Shown: positions 35,129 through 46,385 of the stretch, piece after piece
Layout: every line of letters starts with the position of its first letter
How positions within the stretch are numbered: position 1 is the stretch's first letter
DNA from: Octopus bimaculoides
Taxonomy: Eukaryota
Direction of reading: 5' to 3'
Assembly: GCF_001194135.2 (NCBI RefSeq)
Contig: NC_068997.1
Location: 1,009,399-1,058,319, forward strand
DNA length: 48,921 nt
Program-made: the position numbers and the translations under genes
The notes under the pieces: generated by a model
Told to the model about the DNA's origin: nothing
Databases searched by the model: none
What the model saw: the letters and a program-made list of their open reading frames with translations, nothing else

Positions 35129-35329
35129 ATAAGGAAAAAAAAAAACCCGGAACATTATTTTAAATTTTTATTCGTATATAATTTTATATTTATCATTTCA
35201 TCCGATTTCTTCGATTTCTTCGACTTTTTCATTTCATCTCAAACGATTTTGTAAGAATGTGAGTGTTCGTGTCCGTACTTTGTAATGTCCCTCTATGTAC
35301 ACCTTTTATAGGTTAATAAAAAAATACGC

Positions 35330-35600
35330 CTGCTGACACTCGTTGACGCTGCATCGAAATGGTCAGGGAACAGAAGAAAAAAGGAGAAAGAAGAAATGCA
35401 CTCAATACCAGAACTGAAGACAACTCCGAAAGGGGTGGGGGGGTGCCACGTTGAAAACGGTAGAGGAGTAGGAGCTGAAACCGGACGTGGTTCCTCCTGA
35501 TGATGACTTTAGGCCCTGGATCCTATGAAGGAGCTATTGAGGTAGCAAACCGCGAAACGTGGTTGGAATTCCTTCCTGGAGGCTTGATGGGTCCGGCCAC
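35330..35600 (+). mobile_element. PLE 3' end (GIY-YIG C-terminus) with a degenerate hammerhead motif
   Basis: LVDAASKW..RRKKEKEEMHSIPELKTTPKG resembles R..KE..WI..L.T..P.GLN; CUGAUGA at 35497-35503 and GAAAC-gug-GUU at 35554-35564. Confidence 0.5.
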
Positions 35601-35609
35601 GATGAGGTC

Positions 35610-35830
35610 TATGAAAGGAAGCAGAATTTCGATTCAGAACGTAAAGAGCCGGAACAAATATAACAAGGAATATGGTTAAATATTTTAACAATTCCGACAA
35701 TCCACCATTGGATTGGTACTTTATTTATCGACCCTGAAAGAATAAAAAACAAATCAAAAATTGTTCATGCCTGCATCCGAACTTAAAGCGCCAGTACAAA
35801 TAACATAAGCATTTTATCGGATGCTCTTTT
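35610..35830 (-). mobile_element. Two degenerate SINE family B fragments
   Basis: gaatttcgattcagaacgtaaagag and ggtactttatttatcgaccctgaaag. Confidence 0.65.
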
Positions 35831-35862
35831 AACTCGATGCTTTTTTTGGTGTTTTTAACAGC

Positions 35863-35919
35863 TTTTACTGTCTTTATAGCTACTCTTCAGAATGAAGAGT
35901 AGCTATAAAGACAGTAAAA
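35863..35919. repeat. Perfect 27-bp inverted repeat with a 3-nt GAA loop
   Basis: ttttactgtctttatagctactcttca-gaa-tgaagagtagctataaagacagtaaaa. Confidence 0.98.
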
Positions 35920-36688
35920 ACTGAGAAGTGTAAGAGAAAAAAATTTTAAAGCGATAAAAGATAATAATTCAACGGTAATTCCAAAAATATGATCTCAATT
36001 CTTGCGAGACTGAGTTACAACTGTAAAGTTAGTTTTCTCTACAGAGCAGTGAGCCTCTAAGTAATATCTTCCTCACCTGTCTCCCCAACTCACTCTCTCT
36101 CGCTGATGTGAATAGCTGTTAATGTAATCAACAGCTACTTATCTAACCTAAAGAGACATAGACAGTTAAATGGCGCAGCACGTCAGATATGCTTTCAGTG
36201 TTGACAAGATCCATTGTAACATGATTCGTTTTGTTCGTATGTAATGGATTAATATAAATTTCTATTTCCAAAGGATATCGACGTTGTACTATATTTAAAA
36301 TTATCTTTCACTTTCTCTTCATTTTGCGTGTTTATCATTTATCTGTCAGTAACGACAATGAAATCCAGGATAATGTTCTCCATTTCGTGACAATTTGGAC
36401 GTTTTCAGGTGCCGTGATGGCCACACGATAATTTTCCCTTCTCGTTTAGCTCTTAAGCAGATGACAAAGTAAAATTAGCATGTTTTCGGCGAGCATTTCC
36501 ATGAATGTCACTTTACCTTTGAAGATTCTTAATTTAGAAGATATTTATGCAATGCATAAAAGACAGGAAGTAGAAGCAGTGATGAAGCCTGTTACGTGAG
36601 GGGTTGCCATTACTTGTTTTATAGGGAATCATAATTTGAACATTCAAAACATCATCACTGAATCAGCAGAGTGTGAATTTCGGTAAAC

Positions 36689-36744
<56 letters not shown>

Positions 36745-36999
36745 GAATCATACATGCACATATACGTATATTTATGTATGTATATAATATGTACGCGTAT
36801 ATATGTAAATATATAGTCATAGCAGTTAACTGGATCGTGTCGAGCTTCCATACCCTGGCTCTTCTTAAAACATTTTATATAAACATTTCATATAAAATAA
36901 AAGTTACTCTTTTGGAACCCTATCAGCTCAACCTCATCCTTTACGGCTGCTTGAAACCCTGCCAGGCTAATTTAATTCGTCCTTAATCGAAAGACAACT

Positions 37000-37309
37000 G
37001 TTGTTAATGTCCTTTTATTTGCGTTCGTATTTGTGTACCATTTCTCCGTTTTTTTTTCCGTCCCTGTTTTCGTATACATTCGCTGCTTTCTTCCAAGGAA
37101 TCCAGTGCTATTAGCTTAGATTTTCCTGGGGGCTGGTCATATTGGAGCAATCTCGAGTATAACCAGCCGAAATTGAAAAGATAATCTGGAACTTGACTGA
37201 GGAAAGAAAACTCCGAATGACCCGTCCTTGTTTTTTCTTGTCCCTTTTTTGTATCATCTAACTCTGGATGTTTTGCGTTCTTGTCCCATTTTTTTGTATT
37301 CTTTTATAT
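37000..37309 (+). mobile_element. Interspersed repeat, probably a LINE 3' end
   Basis: cattcgctgctttcttccaagg...gaaagaaaactccgaatgacccgtccttg recalled as a common octopus repeat; it runs into the gap. Confidence 0.4.
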
Positions 37310-37651
37310 NNNNNNNNNNNNNNNNNNNNNNNNNNNNNNNNNNNNNNNNNNNNNNNNNNNNNNNNNNNNNNNNNNNNNNNNNNNNNNNNNNNNNNNNNNN
37401 NNNNNNNNNNNNNNNNNNNNNNNNNNNNNNNNNNNNNNNNNNNNNNNNNNNNNNNNNNNNNNNNNNNNNNNNNNNNNNNNNNNNNNNNNNNNNNNNNNNN
37501 NNNNNNNNNNNNNNNNNNNNNNNNNNNNNNNNNNNNNNNNNNNNNNNNNNNNNNNNNNNNNNNNNNNNNNNNNNNNNNNNNNNNNNNNNNNNNNNNNNNN
37601 NNNNNNNNNNNNNNNNNNNNNNNNNNNNNNNNNNNNNNNNNNNNNNNNNNN
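37310..37651. other. Assembly gap (342 N), followed by (TCC)n(TCA)n at 37652-37722
   Basis: N run and visible microsatellite. Confidence 1.
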
Positions 37652-37676
37652 CTCCTCCTCCTCCTCCTCCTCCTCC

Positions 37677-37724
<48 letters not shown>

Positions 37725-37749
37725 ACATCTACTGCAAGAGTGAATAACT

Positions 37750-38700
37750 TAAACCAAAGTTTTTGGATGTTTACGGTGCACCGGTTCTTTGTAGACATTA
37801 GATCATCATGAACTGCAATTTTTGTGACGATCAACATTAGGATTGTTATCAACAAGGATTCTTTGCAGTTAACTGGGCTGGATAGAGCTTCTATACACTC
37901 ACCCTTTGCTCGGTCAGGCGACTAGCCCAGACCAATGTCCCAATCGAAACATTGCGGTATGAACGTTTGGTTTAGGTTTTAACCACATTGGTATTACACA
38001 AGCGAAAATATCTCATCTGTGCATGCCACGACTACAGATGATAGCAGTATTTCACTAACTGAACTGGTTGGTCCCGGCAACTGACGGTTTATTATCTGTT
38101 CATCTGTTTAGCATCTAGTGATGTTCGCCATTCACTCAATAAGTTCATCTGTCGCAATTGCTCACATTCACCAAGCTGCACCCTATAATTTCAACATACT
38201 CTTGCTCGGATGGTTGTATGCTATTCAACCAGCAGTTAGGACCCCGACGAGTGCTACTACCTTTGGCCAGATTAGATCTGGGAACAATAGGGGTTAAGAG
38301 GCAGTTCCACATACCTCATAACCCTGGAACTCCCGAAACATGGCCCACAACCGGATGCAGTTTTAAGTCACTTCTAGGACATTTTTTAACCATTAATAGT
38401 TTCTTATATGATAAACCTTCTCTTTGGAACCCTATCAATTCACGTGTATCATCCTCTACGACTTCTTCAAACCCCAAATCAATTGGCAGAGTCACAATAC
38501 CTAGTCTAATTTCTTGATGTAAATTTTCTTCTGCTGCAAAACTTGTAAAGTCTCAAATATATTTCACCAGACGCCATTCATAGATGAAGGCTTCACTTCA
38601 TTCCGTGATTCGTCAATGTTAACCAGTGCATCTATAATACTGAACTTTTTCTTGAAGCTAGTAACCGTAGACTTATTCCCGTCAGCTACTTTTATGAGTT
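37750..38700 (-). mobile_element. Fossil Tigger/pogo-like DDE transposase C-terminus, interrupted by insertions
   Basis: SFKKKFSIIDALVNIDESRNEVKPSSMNGVW* / DFTSF...IVTLPIDLGFEEVVEDDTRELIGFQREGLSYKKL / DNNPNVDR match Tigger-type motifs. An RTE-like tail lies at about 38240-38390 (+). Confidence 0.7.
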
Positions 38701-38899
38701 ATTTCAAAATCCATCTCAGATAATATGCTTTGTGGGGTTATATTCTACTCGCACAGTGTGAAACACGAGTAAAGAACATATAATATAGATGTAGGATATT
38801 TTACACGTATCTTACATTCTACGTTTGTAATTTATATTATATATTACGCCTTATACAACTTGTTGACTGCTCCATAATGCTTCGGTGGTGTTACAAGGA

Positions 38900-40030
38900 T
38901 TTATTTGACTCTGGACTAGACAGGTGCTGCGGAGTAAGATCGAGCATGGAAACACGTAGATATGAAACGAACACCTTATTCACCCGGTCACCACTGAGGC
39001 AATTTTAAATGCTGTTTCCTAATATATGCAATAAATACAAGTTTCATGGCTTACTTAAAACTTCAGTTGAGCCAGACATTCAATAACTGCAATATTGAAT
39101 GGAAATTAACAAAGGCGATTTCTCAAATCTAGATATTTCTGTATATCACATCTTGTTTTGGATCTTTTTTACAAACCATTGCTTGCCCCCATAATGGTGT
39201 ACCGTTCCCTATCTAAGTGCGTAAGTATTGTGGTCAAATCTCCCTAGATTGAGTATTTACCTTTTTTAGCTCGATACACGTACGTTGTCATCATCATGAG
39301 TATTATTTTTATTATCATTTTTTAAATGAATTTCAGATATTCTCCTCATGTTATGCGTCGCTATAATTTGGGCTAAGTTTTTGCGAGTGGAGAATGCTAA
39401 TCTACTCGTCAGTCGGTTAAAACTTCTATTGTATCAATTTGATTCAGGAAAATGCCTATCAATAGCGGTGAAAAGTTTGACTGGAATGTTAGTATCTATT
39501 TGCCTACCGAATGCTGCATTATGCCACAGTGTAGTCCTCGATTTATTTGTTCTTTTGTGGAATCGTTACTATCATCGGTTGCTGATCTATTTTTGTGAAA
39601 CTAATCGGTTTTTCTCATGGGTTTACCTCCAATGTTGTTATATTTGTTTTTATTAGTAGTACTCGCTATATTCCTTTTCGTAAGGGGATTGTTCCTATTT
39701 TTGATGCCTGTCCTACTGTCGCTTAGGTCACTGGTTCTGCAAGAGGGTTTAGCTGCACTTTTATTATCGCGTTTATCTATGCTATTATCGTTTATGTTAC
39801 CCTCCCCAACCATTATGAGATTACACTGTTCCTATTCTGGGCGCTGCATGCGGATTTCACCGTACGACTATGGGGTATTTTCCAATTATTTGCACTATTT
39901 CCAGTATCCGTAGCTACTAGATTACGAGTTCTATTTCTATTCTTACAAATAAGAATAGGATCCGGAATCAGTGTGTTTCTCTCAACACGCCAAACCACTT
40001 CAAATTGGTGAGATTTTCAAGGAAGTTTGA
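38900..40030 (-). mobile_element. Fossil Penelope-like element (RT thumb to GIY-YIG)
   Basis: 39345-39538 reads RTTLWHNAAFGRQIDTNIPVKLFTAIDRHFPESN*YNRSFNRLTSRLAFSTRKNLAQIIATHN, cf. IIWFNPPFS..V.TNIG..FL.LIDKHFP....L.KIFNR.TVK.SYSC..N...II..HN. Confidence 0.75.
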
Positions 40031-40602
40031 CGAATGTTTCGAGTAGAGCTGGGATCGAACCTTTCCTATAAAATAAATAGTCGAAACCTGTCTTTTATAA
40101 TAAAAGTATGGTCAAACCCTGTATTAGTTTGAATTCCATAATCGCTCAAGTGCTGTTACTGCAGATAGTTCATCTCCTTATTGTCTCATACACGTTATGT
40201 TTTCCATAACACTGAAAATATCAGAAGTTTTTAAGCATGTCCCTCATTTAATTAATAGCGAAGTTTCAATAGTTTTATAGAAAACTTCACATCAGTTTTA
40301 CATTTAATCTCCTCATTGTTTTCTCTCAGATAAACCAGAACCATTTGCTCTTCTAGCTTTGAAACAATTCTTGAGTTTCAAGAATTTCAGGTCAGACGAT
40401 CATTTATTTGACTTCAAACAGTTATGCGACAATAAAAGCATTATTTTACGTTTATGAATTTGTGTTGCAAGATTCCTAATGTAAAACCGTGTGTTGAAAC
40501 ATATTGTATTTCGGGACGGTCATTTTTTTCCCAAATAAACACACGCACTATATATTCATTCTTCACTCGTTTATTACTGTTCTTATTCTAACCCATAACT
40601 AT

Positions 40603-40647
40603 TGTCCGGAAATCTTTCGTCACACATCTGTGACCTCTTCAGCGACA
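40603..40647 (-). ncRNA. Minimal hammerhead ribozyme motif (near-canonical), probable PLE pseudo-LTR
   Basis: Minus strand reads UGUCG-CUGAAGA-G-GUCACA-gaug-UGUGAC-GAAA-gauu-UC-CGGACA, with AATAAA about 30 nt downstream. Confidence 0.65.
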
Positions 40648-40754
40648 CTTTCCGTCCTCGTGTGTGCTCCTGCTCTGATTAGTTCATTCTATTCTTCTAT
40701 GATGTGTATCCTTATATGCGCATGCATTTGCATCATTATTCTTTGTCTCTAAAG

Positions 40755-40970
40755 GCATGGAGCTGGTAGAATCGTTACCCCACCGGACAAAATGCGTAGC
40801 ACTATTTTTTCTGGCTCTTTACATCCGGAGTTCAAATGCTGCGGAGGCTGGCTTCACTTTTCATTCTTTTGCAGTCAATGAAATAAGTCCTAATTGAGCA
40901 CTGGGGTCGGTGTAGTCGACTTGTTTTCTCCCGTACAATTGCTAGTATTGTGTCAAAATTTGAAACCAAT
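40755..40970 (+). mobile_element. SINE family B
   Basis: gagctggtagaatcgtta...gagcactggggtcggtgtagtcgac. Confidence 0.8.
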
Positions 40971-42082
40971 ATTGTTTGTCTGCTCACGCAAGATTTTGGT
41001 TAATTTAAAGATAGCGATCTAATCCTAGTCATTATCCAATAATTTCTTTTGTTAAGAACGAAAATTTGTAAATAATTTGATAAAGTTATTTTTCCATAGA
41101 GAAACTAGCATCTCATTAATTGGGAAAAATAACTGATAAGGACACTGTTAGTGTCAAGGAAATATTAATTCTCAGATTTGTTTTGCTTTAGACATGGAAC
41201 CCATGCTGTGAGGATATTTATCTTGAGTATTCCTACATACCGGACGCGGAATTGAACTGAGAACTAAACGTTATACTGTGCTCTCCCTCTTGTCAAGGTT
41301 GTCTATCCCTTGAAAAGGATTAAATCTTACTAAACTCGGTTATTGTATAGATGCAGTGTATTGATAAAAAACCCCCCACTATTTTCTTGGTTGTTCACTA
41401 TCTTTTAGAGTCGGGTATCTGTGTTTCTGGAGAGAATGACGATAAACTAAAAATATATTATTATCAATCACTCTTAACTTTTATTTCTTTGATGTTCATA
41501 CAGAAACAGTTCGAAGCTGACATTTTCAATATGGTTTAGCTGTGACTGAGCACTCCCACTAACACTTTTATGCATGTCTAATCATGAGAAATGGAAAAAT
41601 AAAGCAAACAAGGGAATAAGTTTTGACAGCTAAAGTGCTGAAATTGATAAATAAACGATGTGGAACTTATATTTATCCATTGTATGACACTTTTAAGGAA
41701 ACGGAGATGTATGAAGAGATTAATTGAAACAGTTGTACGGTTTTGTGTTGTTATCTGAATGTCTTCGTCAAAACTCGACAGCGGACGTTAATTCCATTCA
41801 GTTGATTATGTCCACATTGAAGGAGAGCAGAGAAAAGACTAAGTTTGTAAATATGTCATTAGTCTGTGGGTGTTCAAAGATACTTCTTGTCTTAGGTCTG
41901 TCACCGAGCAAGTTTGTAGAATGATCTAATTATTTACTGTTTCAGTGAAGATCGTCTGAAGTAACTCCTTTAAAGTTTAGTTGATCAAAGATGGTGGATC
42001 AGCAGAAATTATATATTATGACATTTCTAATCAACTGGCCCCTCTCATCAAATTTCAGGCCTTGTGCCTATAATAGAAACGA

Positions 42083-42100
42083 TTATTATTATTATTATTA

Positions 42101-42149
<49 letters not shown>

Positions 42150-42370
42150 TACTACTAAAGCGGTGAGCTGGCAGAATCGTTATCACACTAGACGGAATGC
42201 ATAGTGGTATTTCGGCTGTCGTTACGTTCTGAGTTCAAATTCCGTCGAGGTCGACTTCGCCTTTCATCCTTTCAGGGTCAATAAATTAAATACCAGTGAA
42301 ACACTGAGGTCGATGTAATTGACTAGTCCCCCTCCCACCAAATTTTAAGGTCTTGTGCCTCCAGTACAAA
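42083..42370 (+). mobile_element. (ATT)n tract followed by a full SINE family B copy (42158-42370)
   Basis: gcggtgagctggcagaatcg...aggtcttgtgcctccagtacaaattattatt. Confidence 0.85.
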
Positions 42371-42768
42371 TTATTATTATTATTCCTTGCCATGATTTCA
42401 GTTGGGTTTAAATTTAAAAAACAATTTTATATTTTATTGAGAAGAGAATTAATAGAATATTCTTGTACGTCTCGAGATGTTGAATACTGAATATAAATAT
42501 TTCTGGCGACATTGAAGAAATACGTGGTTAAAGTACGTGATTATTTTATTGGCAACACCGCAGGGACCATTAAAACTGTGAGTAAATATTTGATTGGTGT
42601 TACATTTAAGAATGAACATCACTGTAAATCAGGTTTTGAGTTGGAATAAATAATAGTTTTCTTTCTAGTGTTGATATGTCAGAAAATAATTTTGTATGTT
42701 GAATGATTGTTTTTTAAGTGTTACTTTATTTTCTGGAGTGAAATTGTAGTTTCAATATTTTATTTTAG

Positions 42769-42772
<4 letters not shown>

Positions 42773-42825
<53 letters not shown>

Positions 42826-43053
42826 CAACATACACACACACACTATATATATGTTCATATATTTATGTATATATATGTATGCATGTGTATATACATCCAT
42901 CCATTCACACACACATATGTGCTCATATATATATGCATATATTTATATGAGTTGAAGCATATTGCATAAACATATGTAGTCTATATATATATATACATAT
43001 ATGAAGAGAGTGAGAGAAGCAGAGAGAGAGAGAGAGAGAGAAGCAGAGAGAGA

Positions 43054-43102
<49 letters not shown>

Positions 43103-43200
43103 ACACACACATGTAAACATATTCACACAAACAGAAGTATATGTCTAAATACATACATTATTAGACATACATACACACACAAAACGACAGAATTGTAAGT
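42773..43200. repeat. Compound (CA)n, (TA/TG)-rich and (GA)n microsatellite cluster
   Basis: Directly visible. Confidence 0.95.
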
Positions 43201-43588
43201 TTCTTTCAGCTTGTCTAAAATGATTCACGCTGATTAAAAATTAATTTCTTTTATAAAAAATTTAGACTTTCAATGTTGTCAATGCCTGTCTTTCTAAGCA
43301 TGCTTATGTTTGTGACAGTTGTGTGGTTTAGACATTTGAATTCGAAACTACCTAGTTCTGTGTTCGATCCCATGGTGCATGGATTTGGGCAAATGGCTTC
43401 GGCTGAAGCTTTTCAATGTATTAATCAAGCTTGCATGTTTGATACTTTGTGAGTGGAACTTGGTGTCGAAGCCCGTCATGCATGCATGCGTGTATGTGTG
43501 TGTATGTGTGTGTGTGTGTGTGCGTGTGTGTGCCTGCATGCTTGCATATATGTATGAATGTATATATATATGTATGTGTGCATACAAA

Positions 43589-44470
43589 TCTATATACTAA
43601 TAAAAGTGAAGTTCAATCTTGCTTGCTTGCAATGTTACATAGCTAAACTGGCGCATAATGGGGAAAATACTATGAATTAAGTTGTCTATGAAATGTTAAT
43701 ACGAACGGAATGAAATAAGTTTTCCGTAAATCGGAGCAGTAGCTATTGAGCTATTCGGGGTTTGGGGAAATGGGAAAATGTTCCGAATATAGCTTTACCC
43801 TGGAAGGGAAGAAACTCTAAACTTTCGATTAGACAGTGATTTGACAACGAAAAAATACGATTTGTTTTTTTTTGTTACAGTAAATGTTTCTATTTTCGCT
43901 TTAGTTAAAAACAATATTTTAATCATTTAGAAATATTTTTAAGAGAATGTGATTTCAAAAATGTAGGTTTTTGTACAGTAAGTATTTATATTTTAGCTTT
44001 CTTTAAACAGACAATATTTTAATGTTTATTTAAATTATTTTCAAGTGAATACCATTGCAAAAAATTCTTTTGGCATATCTAAGAAATATTTAAAAGTGAA
44101 AATGACTTTAAAATATGGTAAATATTTCGTAAAAGATCCGTTCATGACCTCGGTGTAAAATAATTTTTTTCCACAGGTTTTTTCGATGCATTCAACGTAT
44201 CTCACCCCCAAAGATTTGGCTGCTATTTCTAGCACTCCCTGCTACCAGGTAACAGCTATTTGTGATAAAGGACCTGATATACCTGTTATGTGGCCGCAAG
44301 AGATAGCAGCCAAATCTTTCCTTTTCTGGGGAAAGGAGCCGTTTACGCATGATTTCGATGTCACATTCGTTGAAAGTATGCGAAATAACTGGGAAAGAAA
44401 AAACCCATGAAACGAAACTCCTGGGAAACTCAGACTTTCCTGGTGACCCAACGGGTCAGGGGTTGTCTAG
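43589..44470 (+). mobile_element. Non-autonomous Helitron with both termini (882 bp)
   Basis: 5' A|TCTATATACTAATAAAAG; 3' hairpin tgaccc-aac-gggtca (44444-44458), then CTAG (44467-44470) followed by T; no TSD. Confidence 0.8.
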
Positions 44471-44579
44471 TATATTATATATTATATAGCTTGGCGATTT
44501 ATTTAACAATGCATTCATAATATGTAATTCGCATTATTGTGTAACAATACTATTTCATCAGGTGGAATTCACCCTTGAA

Positions 44580-44870
44580 TCGGCGAAATGCAATCCATCT
44601 TCAAATGAACTTGAACTTATCTGCACAAAACCAGACGTATACATACATAAACACATACGAATATTCACACATGAATACTAAAGAACACCCCCAGGAGAAG
44701 CTGAATTCATATATGCTGGTCAAGACACACAAACATACACACTCACATATATGCATGGACAATACAAACACACACACATACATAATACATACATACATAT
44801 ACATATACACACATATACGTACATACACATAATAGCGTATATATGTACACACACAAACATACGCACACAC
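44580..44870. repeat. Degenerate (CA/TA)n low-complexity tract
   Basis: Directly visible. Confidence 0.9.
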
Positions 44871-45907
44871 GTCCTTTGTTTCTCTCGGTTTCTCTCTCTT
44901 TCACCCCGCCCCCGCCAACACAGAGGAATATATGTCTTGAACCACACTCCTAGAAGTTGAACTTATATATGCAAACAGTAAAACAATTGTCTATTTTACA
45001 ATATTTCGAATATCCACAACTGGATTATACAGATCCCATGTATGTACGTTTAATTACATGTCCCATATTGTCAATAACTGAATTTTGGTCATGAATATAG
45101 CGCAGTTATTGACAGAATACAGATTCTCAACTTTTAGATTGTGAGTACTGGCCATCTGTGGTTAGGGAATCTTAAACCGTATTAACTCAGCCTTATACAG
45201 CACTCATATATAATAAAAACTGAAATAGAATTCCTCTTTAGTTTAGGATTTCAACTTTCACCTGTACATAAATCTCCACGAAACACTACTTGACTGAAAA
45301 CAATCTTGTACATACATGTCTAGCATCTACAAGAATGTTTCACTTAGCTATGAGATATGCACCGTGAAAGCCATAAATATAGAATACTATATATTTGTAA
45401 TGTAGCTATTATTTCAGTTTTACTGTTGCTGGTTCATCTTTCCTAGCGATACGATATCTATGGCTTGTCATTTCTCATGTTAATATTACTGTGATTGCTG
45501 GTTATTTGATGCAGAGAATAATCGTACTTTTAAGACGTAACCTGAACGTGAAATAATTTATCATCGTACCAGTTGGCATAAAAATATCGTTTTATACTTG
45601 TCACAGAAAATCTTGGTTTTATTGGTGCAGTTTCTCCTAACTGCTGGTGATGGTAAAGGGGGATGACTCATAGATTCAATGTTAAGTTTCCCTGATATCC
45701 CTACCTTCCATTCGATGACATTTCACGAGAAAATAAGCGCTTGAGCTCGAATCTTGCACCTGCTCCCTTCGATTTGAAATTTTAATGAATATGCAAAATG
45801 AAAAAAAATTAAGCCTGGTTCTAAGATTAGGGTTGAAATAAAATCTAAAATGTAAAATATTACACTGTATGTATAGGCGCTGCCATGCCAGCGCCTATAC
45901 ATCCATG

Positions 45908-46047
45908 GTGTGTTAAAGACGCTTGCTTTACAGTCACATAGTTCAGTCCCGCTTCGTAGTACTTTGAGCAAGTGTCTTCTACTATATTTCTGGGCAGACT
46001 AATGCTTTGTGAGTGAAACTTCTTGGAGGAAACTGTGTAGAAGCCTG

Positions 46048-46050
<3 letters not shown>
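45908..46050 (+). mobile_element. SINE family A ending in a (TA)n tail
   Basis: gttcagtcccgcttcgtagtactttgagcaagtgtcttctactat...gaagcctgtcatatata. Confidence 0.8.
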
Positions 46051-46088
<38 letters not shown>

Positions 46089-46091
<3 letters not shown>

Positions 46092-46385
46092 GAGGTCTGA
46101 TAACTGAGTAACCGGACTATTGCTATAAGTTAAAACACTCAGAGTAAAGCCGCAGGGCAAAGATTGATCTTGAACTCTGCTGTGCATGCGCACTATGTTT
46201 TAACATTCTAGCTCACGTCTGCTGTTTACAGCAGTGTTTGGAAGGAAGGTATGTAGAGTGTGATCGTTGCATTGATCATGACAGAGAAAGTTGTCATGGT
46301 GATACCTGCTCAGAAGCCTACGCAAAGTTGCAGAAAGTGTATGGAGAGGACTGTATGTCTCCAAGCAGTCTTTTGTCTCTGGGTA
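46089..46385 (+). mobile_element. Mariner transposon 5' end (TIR plus start of the transposase HTH)
   Basis: TA|cacgaggtctgataactgagtaaccggact TIR; DTCSEAYAKLQKVYGEDCMS matches the mariner N-terminal HTH. Confidence 0.8.

Noticed and set aside
37228-37855. Long ORFs of 156-183 aa
   Set aside because: Artefacts of the N gap and adjacent (TCC)n(TCA)n repeats.
42707-44960. His/Thr, Glu/Arg and Cys/Val-rich ORFs
   Set aside because: Translations of (CA)n, (GA)n and (TG)n microsatellites.
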